From: a virus
Direction: 5' to 3' (one strand)
Virus record (IMG/VR): IMGVR_UViG_3300041809_000571
Location: 243,841 to 307,840 of that record
Length of the DNA stretch: 64,000 nucleotides
Below, one piece after another: positions 9,972 through 16,227 of the stretch. Made by a program: the position numbers and the translations under genes. The number at the start of each line of letters is the position of its first letter. Positions within the stretch are counted from its first letter, which is position 1. Under the pieces are notes generated by a model, which was not told where the DNA came from, ran no database searches, and worked only from the letters and a program-made list of their open reading frames with translations.

Positions 9972-10640
9972 TTATTTAATTTCTCTTGCTTTTTCATAGA
10001 CCGCTCGAATGCTCGCAAAGCGTTCTCTGGTAGACAGGGTATGCGGGTGGTAGGTGATGATATCGTTTTCCGGGAGGGGCATCCTCCCCTCCGTCATACT
10101 ATAACGGTCGTCATGCTCCGTGGGGCAGACGCTATTGAACGATAATGTTGCCCATACCCACCAGTCCTCGACATTGTAACAACGGGTGTCCCTTGAACAA
10201 GGCGCTGAGGCGAGGAACTCCAACGCCCTCCTGCTAAGCCAGTACCCGGAGCCTCCATAGGGCTGGTTGTTTCCCCCCACTCCCCGTTGTCCTATATGGT
10301 CATGCCCCTCGAATCCCGAGCGGAGCAGACGGGGAACGCAGGCATAGGTGTCAACATCACATTTGAAAGCGTGGTCATAGCCGTGGGCTACCACCCACTG
10401 GTATGCAGCTTGGACCTTGGACGAGAGGTCCGCATACGTGTCGGAAACATCTAATGAGACCTCATCGTCATCTGCATTCTCTAGTCTAGGATTACCTAGA
10501 AAAAAGCGATAATCAACTGGGCACCCCATCAACCATGTTTCCCTGAGTTGCTGCTGCCAATGACGATGGGCATGGCAACTCATGATGGATATCAGCGGTT
10601 GCAACTGCTCACCCCCACCCTTAAGTGGTTTCCATACCAA
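9972..10640 (-). CDS. Putative Fringe-like (GT31-type) glycosyltransferase
   Basis: Acidic DxD-like ADDDEVSLDVSD plus PYGGSGYWLSRRALEFL resembling the Fringe GGAGFCISR motif. Weak, motif-level only. Confidence 0.4.
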   Translation of the reverse strand: MVWKPLKGGGEQLQPLISIMSCHAHRHWQQQLRETWLMGCPVDYRFFLGNPRLENADDDEVSLDVSDTYADLSSKVQAAYQWVVAHGYDHAFKCDVDTYACVPRLLRSGFEGHDHIGQRGVGGNNQPYGGSGYWLSRRALEFLASAPCSRDTRCYNVEDWWVWATLSFNSVCPTEHDDRYSMTEGRMPLPENDIITYHPHTLSTRERFASIRAVYEKAREIK

Positions 10641-10643
10641 ACC

Positions 10644-11066
10644 CTATGCGCTTCCTACGGCAAACACATTCAAGTAGGCACGATAAATCTCGTAAGCGGC
10701 ACTGTTACCACTCGTACATCTTACACGAAGGTCATAAACGTCTCCTTCGTTCATGATGTCAAGACCCCCTACGGAAATGGGGAACCCTGTGGGGTCAGAG
10801 TTCTCAGCAATCAGATAATTCATCAAACTGCCATTTTTGAATACGGCCAATTGAAAATCCCCACTTCCAGTAACCGCCGTTACAAAAACAGCAATCATTA
10901 CGGGAACCGCAAAAGACACGGTTGAAGTAAGGGAACCCGTCGTGGTGTTCCCAGTCATTCCTGAGTTTTGAACGACGGTCCACGAAGCCTGCTCAAACTG
11001 ATACCACGTATCTTCCGTGTCCAAGGAAAGAGTCTGATACCCTGTAGCTGTCTCACCGTATGTCAT
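10644..11066 (-). CDS. hypothetical protein (possible beta-sandwich fiber-tip protein)
   Basis: 140-aa ORF with no clear motif. Confidence 0.35.
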   Translation of the reverse strand: MTYGETATGYQTLSLDTEDTWYQFEQASWTVVQNSGMTGNTTTGSLTSTVSFAVPVMIAVFVTAVTGSGDFQLAVFKNGSLMNYLIAENSDPTGFPISVGGLDIMNEGDVYDLRVRCTSGNSAAYEIYRAYLNVFAVGSA

Positions 11067-11156
11067 AAAATTCCCCCTTAAAATAAATTCTTCTTCCTAT
11101 AACCACTTTGAAAGTCTAAACTTTCAATCTCTTTGGACAGGAGGCATATCAGACCT

Positions 11157-11606
11157 ATGTCCAAAAGATTAACCTACGCTTATACGGCAGGACTCATTGA
11201 CGGCGAGGGGACCATATCTCTCGTTTACAAGTACAAAAGCAATCCCTACCGCTGGCCGACCATAACCGTGCCAAGCTGCACAAAGGAACTCACCGACTTC
11301 CTGAAAAATCAATTTGGCGGGTGTATCTCCAACAAGAGGCCGGACAAGGTGGGACATACACCCTCAAAGACATGGCGACTCGCCGGGGACAAATCCTTAG
11401 CACTTCTTAATCTACTCCTTCCTTACCTTAAGGAACCCGATAAGATAAGGCGGGCAAAGTTGCTGATTGATAAATACAAGAGGTTGACGCCAAGGAATGG
11501 AAGGTACACTACGGAACAACGTATCAAAAAGTTGGAATTCGAGCATCAGTTCTTGGAGGGAGGAAAGACGAGCCGACAGACCACCCGTATACGCTGGGCA
11601 AGTTAG
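11157..11606 (+). CDS. LAGLIDADG homing endonuclease (single-motif, I-CreI-like size)
   Basis: LTYAYTAGLIDGEGTISL motif. ATG at 11157 follows GGAGG; the ORF-track start at 11133 is TTG. The stop lies 2 nt from the tmRNA 3' end on the opposite strand. Confidence 0.75.
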   Translation: MSKRLTYAYTAGLIDGEGTISLVYKYKSNPYRWPTITVPSCTKELTDFLKNQFGGCISNKRPDKVGHTPSKTWRLAGDKSLALLNLLLPYLKEPDKIRRAKLLIDKYKRLTPRNGRYTTEQRIKKLEFEHQFLEGGKTSRQTTRIRWAS

Positions 11607-11607
11607 T

Positions 11608-11961
11608 TGGTGGAGGCGACGGGGAGTTGAACCCCGTGTCCGAAAAGTGTCACAACAAGAAGACTACACGCTTATCCTGCTTCGTACTGCTCTTTGCCAT
11701 GACTCTGCTGAAACAGGCATATCAGAACCACGGTGCAAGCCTTCATCTCGCCGGATATCGGCTACATCCCCGGTCGCAGCCTCTCTATCGGCGCTTGGCC
11801 TCTACCCGACAGGCTAAAGCAGAGCAAGCGTGCCTAATCTAGCGATTAAGCAAATGCATATTGCGCTGTGGCAATTGCGTTGTTAACCCTTGTTACGGGC
11901 AGGGTAACCTCCCGGCGTGCCTTCCTGTAATGAGCGCTCCCGTCGAAACCAGAACGCCCCC
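11608..11961 (-). ncRNA. ssrA: tmRNA (ssrA-like transfer-messenger RNA), about 354 nt, CCA encoded
   Basis: Minus-strand 5' end GGGGGCGUUCUGGUUUCGACGGGA matches the tmRNA consensus GGGGnUGAUUCUGGAUUCGACGGG. The 3' end GGACACGGGGUUCAACUCCCCGUCGCCUCCACCA is a tRNA-Ala-like T-arm/acceptor with G3:U70, A73 and CCA. A candidate internal tag frame reads AAC AAC GCA AUU GCC ACA GCG CAA UAU GCA UUU GCU UAA (...NNAIATAQYAFA*). Confidence 0.8.
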
Positions 11962-11963
11962 AC

Positions 11964-11980
11964 ACTTACATAATACCACC
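11964..11980 (-). promoter_or_regulatory. Extended -10-like promoter motif GGTGGTATTATGTAAGT, 3 to 19 nt upstream of the tmRNA 5' end
   Basis: TGG-TATTAT sits immediately 5' of the mature tmRNA 5' end, and the same motif family recurs at other gene starts. Confidence 0.5.
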
Positions 11981-12006
11981 AACTACGAGCTTTCGTTGGT
12001 TTTTAC

Positions 12007-12100
12007 TTGGTCCCGGTGTTGGGAGTCAAACCCAATCCATGCCCTAATCTGGGGCTTATGCAGTTTATAAGACTGCTCGTTCGGTCGCAAACTTCACCGG
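12007..12100 (-). tRNA. tRNA-like, type II (long variable arm), isotype undetermined (anticodon loop CUUAUAA, UAU?)
   Basis: Acceptor CCCGGUG/CACCGGG, T-arm UUGGG-UUUGACU-CCCAA, A73-CCA, variable arm GCCC-CAGAUUA-GGGC, anticodon stem GCAGU/ACUGC. The D-arm folds poorly by hand. Confidence 0.4.
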
Positions 12101-12104
12101 GGAA

Positions 12105-12181
12105 TTGGCACCGTGGACGGGACTTGAACCCGCTAATGACCGGCTTGAAGGGCCGGTGACTCGGCGCTTTGTCTTCCACGG
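12105..12181 (-). tRNA. tRNA-Glu(UUC)-like (anticodon loop CCUUCAA, C at position 33)
   Basis: Acceptor ACCGUGG/CCACGGU, T-arm GCGGG-UUCAAGU-CCCGU, G73-CCA, anticodon stem CCGGC/GCCGG. Confidence 0.5.
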
Positions 12182-12185
12182 TATC

Positions 12186-12260
12186 TTGGTAGCCCTGCCG
12201 GGACTCTAACCCGGTTCCGCTGGTTGAAAGCCAGCCATCCTAAACCATAGACGACAAGGC
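12186..12260 (-). tRNA. tRNA-Glu(UUC)
   Basis: Acceptor GGCCUUG/CAGGGCU (two G-U pairs), anticodon arm GCUGG-CUUUCAA-CCAGC, T-arm CCGGG-UUAGAGU-CCCGG, A73-CCA. The D-arm resembles E. coli tRNA-Glu. Confidence 0.6.
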
Positions 12261-12412
12261 CAGAAATTTGAGGCTGCGAAATATCCACGTTTGGGAGTAC
12301 AAGGACCGGTAGCAGCCTCGGTTTATCGGTACCCACTACGTGGCTCAGTTTAGACCGCCGTCCTGATACGACCACGATTGAAACCTGCGGTCAAGGTGTA
12401 TCGTGGCCTCGC

Positions 12413-12487
12413 TTGGAGCACCCGGAGAGAATCGAACTCCCGCATAAAGGGTTTGCAGCCCTCTCCCTTCCCACTTGGGTACGAGTG
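12413..12487 (-). tRNA. tRNA-Cys(GCA)
   Basis: Acceptor GCACUCG/CGGGUGC, anticodon arm GAGGG-CUGCAAA-CCCUU, T-arm GGGAG-UUCGAUU-CUCUC, U73 (Cys identity element), CCA. Confidence 0.7.
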
Positions 12488-12570
12488 CAAATTTGGCTCG
12501 CCTACCACTCTCTCAGTGGCTTTGAACCGTGCGGGCAGCTTTCACCGCCGCAGGCTATCTGGCTCGCAAT

Positions 12571-12645
12571 GTGGAGCACCTGAACGGAATCGAACCGTTG
12601 CATAGCTGTTTTGCAGACAGCCGCCTTTCCACTTGGCGACAGGTG
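12571..12645 (-). tRNA. tRNA-Cys(GCA), second divergent copy
   Basis: Acceptor GCACCUG/CAGGUGC, anticodon arm GCUGU-CUGCAAA-ACAGC, T-arm AACGG-UUCGAUU-CCGUU, U73-CCA. Confidence 0.7.
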
Positions 12646-12647
12646 CG

Positions 12648-12881
12648 TTATTCTTCTTCCTCAGCCGACTCCTTACTTAGGTCCACCGGCTGGCGAATCT
12701 TGGCAATCTTTCTTTCGGTGGATACGGAGAGTCTCACGTACTCCACTCGTGCCCAATGGACGGTGTGAACCGCCATCCACCCGACCACCACCCATTTAGA
12801 AAAGATGGTGAAAATCCTGTCGGGGTTGATGCTTATAAACCAAAGCACCACGCACATAAACCAATGCCACAAAGAAATCAT
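12648..12881 (-). CDS. small hydrophobic protein (2 predicted TM helices) embedded in the tRNA array
   Basis: 77-aa ORF MISLWHWFMCVVLWFISI...FTIFSKWVVVGWMAVHTV with a GGGAGG RBS 4 nt upstream. It sits exactly in the gap between tRNA-Cys and tRNA-Glu. Confidence 0.35.
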   Translation of the reverse strand: MISLWHWFMCVVLWFISINPDRIFTIFSKWVVVGWMAVHTVHWARVEYVRLSVSTERKIAKIRQPVDLSKESAEEEE

Positions 12882-12931
12882 CTAGCCTCCCGTCATGCAG
12901 TGTGTTCCCCCAAAGCATGGCGGGGGTGAAA

Positions 12932-13008
12932 CTGGTAGCCCCGGTGGGATTCAAACCCACGGTCTCCGCCTTGAGAGGGCGGCGTCCTTGGTCGCTAGAC
13001 GACGAGGC
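12932..13008 (-). tRNA. tRNA-Glu(CUC)
   Basis: Acceptor GGCCUCG/CGGGGCU, anticodon arm CCGCC-CUCUCAA-GGCGG, T-arm GUGGG-UUUGAAU-CCCAC, A73-CCA. Confidence 0.65.
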
Positions 13009-13079
13009 CATGTCTTAGCAGGGCACGACTGGCTACGATGAGTTTATGTCAGCGGGAAGCCTGATTCTGTGCCCTAAGT

Positions 13080-13155
13080 TTGGTGGACGGGAAGGGAGTT
13101 GAACCCTCAGTCTCTCGGGTGCGAGCCGAGCGCTTTCCCAGTTAAGCTACCTGCC
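13080..13155 (-). tRNA. tRNA-Ala(CGC)
   Basis: Acceptor GGGCAGG/CCCGUCC with G3:U70 (Ala identity) and one A5-C68 mismatch, D-stem GCUU/AAGC, anticodon arm CUCGG-CUCGCAC-CCGAG, T-arm GAGGG-UUCAACU-CCCUU, A73-CCA. Confidence 0.65.
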
Positions 13156-13160
13156 CAAAT

Positions 13161-13290
13161 GCAATCGTGGAGGGAATCGAACCCTCTCTCCTGTTGCAGC
13201 CTGCAAGCCGCTACAGTTCTTCCCCCCGTTACTTCCAAAGCCAGACAGCCTTCGGTCTTGCAGGACCTATTGCCATCTCGGGGGCTGAAA
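13161..13290 (-). ncRNA. Unresolved structured RNA with a perfect tRNA T-arm (GAGGG-UUCGAUU-CCCUC at 13169..13185) but no identifiable 7-bp acceptor partner or encoded CCA
   Basis: The T-arm is seen directly. Searches for a 5' acceptor strand complementary to CACGAUU failed, so this may be a type-II, intron-containing or degenerate tRNA. Confidence 0.3.
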
Positions 13291-13291
13291 C

Positions 13292-13367
13292 TTGGTGCGC
13301 CGAGCAGGACTCGAACCTGCGACCTCTTCCGTGTCAGGGAAGCGCTCTAACCACTGAGCTACCAGCG
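13292..13367 (-). tRNA. tRNA-Val(GAC)
   Basis: Acceptor GCGCUGG/UCGGCGC, D-arm GCUC-AGUGGUUA-GAGC, anticodon arm CUUCC-CUGACAC-GGAAG, T-arm GCAGG-UUCGAGU-CCUGC, A73-CCA. Confidence 0.7.
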
Positions 13368-13468
13368 CAAACGCATGGATTTCCCTACGGTCGCCTAGAC
13401 CCCGTCTGTTTATGTACTGCTTTGCGGGGCACTGCTACTGGTTAGCTCGCTACTAGGGCCATGCGTAA

Positions 13469-13546
13469 AATGGCGGTCCATACGGGATTTGAACCCGTGG
13501 TCTTCTCCGTGACAGGGAGACGAGGACTCCAGACTCCTCCAATAGA
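13469..13546 (-). tRNA. tRNA-Asp(GUC)
   Basis: Acceptor GGUCUAU/AUGGACC, D-stem GAGG/CCUC, anticodon arm UCUCC-CUGUCAC-GGAGA, T-arm ACGGG-UUCAAAU-CCCGU, G73 (Asp-type), CCA. Confidence 0.7.
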
Positions 13547-13552
13547 CCGAAA

Positions 13553-13631
13553 CTTGGCGGTGAGTACGGGATTTGAACCCGTGTTTCTACCGTGACAGGG
13601 TAGTGTCTTAGGCCGGGCTAGACCAACCCAC
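13553..13631 (-). tRNA. tRNA-Asp(GUC), second divergent copy in tandem
   Basis: Acceptor GGUGGGU/ACUCACC, anticodon arm CUACC-CUGUCAC-GGUAG, T-arm ACGGG-UUCAAAU-CCCGU, G73-CCA. Confidence 0.65.
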
Positions 13632-13723
13632 CGTAATCGGACCCTATTAACCCGCTCATGGGCGGAGGCTTTCGCCGGGGCGGCACATAGCACAAATACT
13701 ATCCCGTTCGTATGCCGCTAAAC

Positions 13724-13798
13724 TTGGTGGACCTAAAGGGAATCGGACCCTTGACCTCTCGGCTGCCGACCGAGCGCTCTCCCGCTGAGCTACAGGCC
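13724..13798 (-). tRNA. tRNA-Ala(GGC) (C at position 33)
   Basis: Acceptor GGGCCUG/UAGGUCC with G3:U70, D-arm GCUC-AGCGGGA-GAGC, anticodon arm CUCGG-UCGGCAG-CCGAG, T-arm AAGGG-UCCGAUU-CCCUU, A73-CCA. Confidence 0.55.
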
Positions 13799-13960
13799 CA
13801 CAAAAATTCGGGACAACCGGCTGGTTAGGCTAGTCATCCGCAGGTTCTACTGCTCGGGGTCCCTTTTCAGGGGAACCACCACAGTCCCCCTTACTGAGGG
13901 ACCCTGCTGGTAGAACCTCGCCACTCGTCAGCTTCGACAGCCCTTAGAGTGACTACAATC

Positions 13961-14034
13961 TTGGAGCGGGTGACGGGACTCGAACCCGTCTCTACAGCTT
14001 GGAAGGCTGCGGCACAACCTCTATACCACACCCG
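13961..14034 (-). tRNA. tRNA-Gly(UCC)
   Basis: Perfect acceptor GCGGGUG/CACCCGC, anticodon arm GCAGC-CUUCCAA-GCUGU, T-arm ACGGG-UUCGAGU-CCCGU, U73-CCA. Confidence 0.7.
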
Positions 14035-14125
14035 CAAATCTTGTGAGGACATTGACGCAGCCCCCTGTTTACGTTGACCGGCGTGTCAGAGCCGGTGTCC
14101 TGCCGCTGGACCTCAGCGGACTTAC

Positions 14126-14199
14126 TTGGTGGAGCTACGGGGATTTGAACCCCGATTCCTTGCGTGCAAGGCAAGTGTCCTGCCGTTAGACGATAGTCC
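14126..14199 (-). tRNA. tRNA-Ala(UGC)
   Basis: Acceptor GGGACUA/UAGCUCC with G3:U70 and one A4-C69 mismatch, anticodon arm CUUGC-CUUGCAC-GCAAG, T-arm CGGGG-UUCAAAU-CCCCG, A73-CCA. Confidence 0.55.
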
Positions 14200-14204
14200 C
14201 AAAC

Positions 14205-14279
14205 TTGGAGCGGGCGGTGGGGTTCGGACCCACGACCTCTTCCTTGGCAAGGAAGCATTCTACCACTGAACTACGCCCG
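14205..14279 (-). tRNA. tRNA-Gly(GCC)
   Basis: Perfect acceptor GCGGGCG/CGCCCGC, D-arm GUUC-AGUGGUA-GAAU, anticodon arm CUUCC-UUGCCAA-GGAAG, T-arm GUGGG-UCCGAAC-CCCAC, U73-CCA. The overall sequence closely resembles E. coli tRNA-Gly(GCC). Confidence 0.75.
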
Positions 14280-14351
14280 CAAACCGCCAAGTAGGTTCTT
14301 AACCAATATGCATCGGGTCTTGGACCGTTCCTGCATTACCCTTGGCGAAAT

Positions 14352-14430
14352 ATGGTGCGCCGTGAAGGAATTGGACCTTCGACCTCTCGCTTGTGGAGCG
14401 AGCGCTCTAAACCGGGCTGAGCTAACAGCG
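14352..14430 (-). tRNA. tRNA-Val(CAC) (C at position 33; long D-loop)
   Basis: Acceptor GCGCUGU/ACGGCGC, D-arm GCUC-AGCCCGGUUUA-GAGC, anticodon arm CUCGC-UCCACAA-GCGAG, T-arm GAAGG-UCCAAUU-CCUUC, A73-CCA. Confidence 0.55.
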
Positions 14431-14438
14431 CATCGAAC

Positions 14439-14513
14439 TTGGTACCCACTGAGAGAATCGAACTCCCGACATCCTCCTTGTAAGAGAGGCGGTCTTCCAC
14501 TGGCCTAAGCGGG
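14439..14513 (-). tRNA. tRNA-Val(UAC)
   Basis: Acceptor GCCCGCU/AGUGGGU (two G-U pairs), anticodon arm CCUCU-CUUACAA-GGAGG, T-arm GGGAG-UUCGAUU-CUCUC, A73-CCA. Confidence 0.6.
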
Positions 14514-14526
14514 CAAATCTTGTACT

Positions 14527-14558
14527 AAAAACAAAAAAGGCGGCTTTTCAGCCGCCTT
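14527..14558 (-). terminator. Intrinsic (rho-independent) terminator on the minus strand: GGCGGCU-GAAA-AGCCGCC followed by UUUUUUGUUUUU
   Basis: GC-rich 7-bp stem with a 4-nt loop and an 11-nt U-tract, read on the reverse complement. It lies 13 nt upstream of the first tRNA of the array. Confidence 0.7.
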
Positions 14559-14686
14559 CGGGGGTCCTTGCTTGGATTTTCTATCCAAGCCCTCCCGAAG
14601 GCGAGGTATCGCCTCCCTCACACACTGCGGCGACCGCTTCTATCAAGTCAACCGGGTTTGTGATGGCCGTTTTCATGTTCATCTCG

Positions 14687-14706
14687 CTTCTATATAATAC
14701 TGTCGG
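14687..14706 (-). promoter_or_regulatory. Promoter-like motif CAGTATTATATAG (minus strand), one of two recurring motifs between the NADAR-region genes and the tRNA array
   Basis: Member of the recurring AGTATTATA motif family listed in the findings. Confidence 0.4.
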
Positions 14707-14882
14707 TAGTTCAAAAACTTCAAAAATTTGCGATAGACTTGACGGCGGCTCACTTGCGGGCGTGCAACCAAAGCTGCCTTGGTCTCCCGGTTGGCTCCGG
14801 TCTCACATTCTTATCTGCGAGTCTCCCCTACCAAGTTCCCTTGGCTTCATCCGGGGTATCTTCGGCCCCGACTACGGAGCCT

Positions 14883-14902
14883 CCGTCAAGTCTCTCACTT
14901 AC
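14883..14902 (-). promoter_or_regulatory. Extended -10-like motif CGTGGTATAATGTAAGTGAG (minus strand)
   Basis: TGG-TATAAT, nearly identical to the motif upstream of the tmRNA and of the 9909 gene. Confidence 0.45.
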
Positions 14903-14917
14903 ATTATACCACGAAAT

Positions 14918-15229
14918 TCAGGATTTTGAGGAAAAAAGTTTTCCTTCCTTCGCCCGGATGACATGCTCTCGGAGGTCATTCACCCTGTAGACCCCATACA
15001 TCCACAAAACACCTTGAATAAACCCTATCCACCGATTGACCTTAGCCTCATCATAATGCTCGGCTTTAGTGCCGTTGGCGTAGTTGAACATCTCCTCCAC
15101 CATCCACGCAGCGTGACGGGCCTGCTCGATACCGGGGTGAGGGCTTTTCGGCTCACCCTCAAGCCGTTGGGGCAATATCCACAATCGTTGGAACTCGCTC
15201 CGGTAGAACTCTAACAATTGGTATTCCAC
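14918..15229 (-). CDS. hypothetical protein
   Basis: 103-aa ORF. Its N-terminal 70 nt overlap the NADAR gene, so the true start may be the internal Met (MVEEMF...) near 15103. Confidence 0.35.
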   Translation of the reverse strand: MEYQLLEFYRSEFQRLWILPQRLEGEPKSPHPGIEQARHAAWMVEEMFNYANGTKAEHYDEAKVNRWIGFIQGVLWMYGVYRVNDLREHVIRAKEGKLFSSKS

Positions 15230-15683
15230 CCTGTGCCTCCGCTCGTATGAGCATCAAAATCTTACCTAAGTAGTTGTATTTCTGTTTCTTAGCACACTTG
15301 GCACAAAGGCAAATGCCCCAAAAATTATCGTGCCAATAATTGGTTTCCTCCAACACCATATAGCCGGTTCCCACCAGCTTGAGAAGGAGGAAAGTGTTCC
15401 TAAACTTCTGCCGGACGAGTTCCTCCATGATGTTAATGTTTACACTGTACCAAAGCGGCCACAGATGCCCAGCTTTGGTCAGTTTTTTGGCGAGCTTCTT
15501 TGCTTCGCCGGGGGTCATCCCGACAGCCCGGAACTGCTCCCGGATAGTGGGGTCAAGGAACTTGGCGGCTTGATAGGCGTGCTCTACCGAGGCGTACTCC
15601 AGCCCGTACAGATACACCGGGCAGGGGTAGTAGAAATTGGAACAGAAATCGAGAACCCCGGAGAACGCTATATCACGCCACAT
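15159..15683 (-). CDS. NADAR-domain protein (YbiA/DUF1768 family)
   Basis: Diagnostic NADAR motifs: FCSNFYYPCPVYLYGLEYASVEHAYQAAKF and EETNYWHDNFWGICLC...KYNYLGKILMLIRAE. Confidence 0.8.
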   Translation of the reverse strand: MWRDIAFSGVLDFCSNFYYPCPVYLYGLEYASVEHAYQAAKFLDPTIREQFRAVGMTPGEAKKLAKKLTKAGHLWPLWYSVNINIMEELVRQKFRNTFLLLKLVGTGYMVLEETNYWHDNFWGICLCAKCAKKQKYNYLGKILMLIRAEAQGGIPIVRVLPERVPTIVDIAPTA

Positions 15684-16227
15684 CCTTGCCCTCCTCGTTC
15701 AGTATCAGATAAGGCTTGCGCACATGGGCGCTGAAATACGTCGCCGCCATGAGCGCTTTTTCCAGCCGGGGCTTGGCGGAATCATCAGGGGTGACACTGA
15801 GCGCCCCGAGAGCATAAGGGCTTCCGCAGCCGATTGCCTCAAAGCCATCTACCCGCTCGAATACTTGAAAGTCTCCCTCAAAGCGGAAGATATGCCCCTT
15901 GAAGGCCACGAGGAATATCCCGGTGCTGCTATGCTCATCCTGTTGTGCCATGAAGCCGCCCACATTGAACGTCCGGCGCACCGCCTCAATAAACTCGGTT
16001 GCCATGAACTTTATCAGTGGGACCTTGGGGTCCTTATAGACAGGGGGTTCCAGCTTGTATTGAAGAAGCTGTGTCATACGCATCGACCCCACTGCTCCAA
16101 TCAAGTAGGGTCCATTAAAGAATGCCTTCCTGTTGGTGAGAGTCACCATATCCTCACCATCAGAGGCCGCAGAATCAGCGCCCATCCAAACCTTTCCGTT
16201 CTCAACCACGGCTGCTACACAAGACAT
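15673..16227 (-). CDS. HslV/proteasome-beta-like Ntn hydrolase (peptidase T1 family)
   Basis: MSCVAAVVENGKVWMGADSAAS aligns to the HslV N-terminus [21 protein letters not shown], and IGCGSPYALGAL aligns to HslV IGSGGPYAQAAA. Ser2 (after Met removal) would be the N-terminal nucleophile. Confidence 0.6.
   Translation of the reverse strand: MSCVAAVVENGKVWMGADSAASDGEDMVTLTNRKAFFNGPYLIGAVGSMRMTQLLQYKLEPPVYKDPKVPLIKFMATEFIEAVRRTFNVGGFMAQQDEHSSTGIFLVAFKGHIFRFEGDFQVFERVDGFEAIGCGSPYALGALSVTPDDSAKPRLEKALMAATYFSAHVRKPYLILNEEGKDVA

Noticed and set aside
13167-13169. TGG read as the CCA of a tRNA ending at 13161..13185
   Set aside because: Parsing from this CCA gives no T-loop. The T-arm is real but the acceptor partner could not be found, so it is reported as an unresolved tRNA-like element instead.
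11497-14508. Plus- and minus-strand ORFs of 60 to 106 aa across the tmRNA and tRNA array (e.g. 11497..11817, 12378..12605, 13442..13693, 13992..14258)
   Set aside because: They overlap well-folded tRNA and tmRNA genes and lack RBSs. The only one kept as possibly real is 12648..12881, which occupies a gap between tRNAs and has an RBS.
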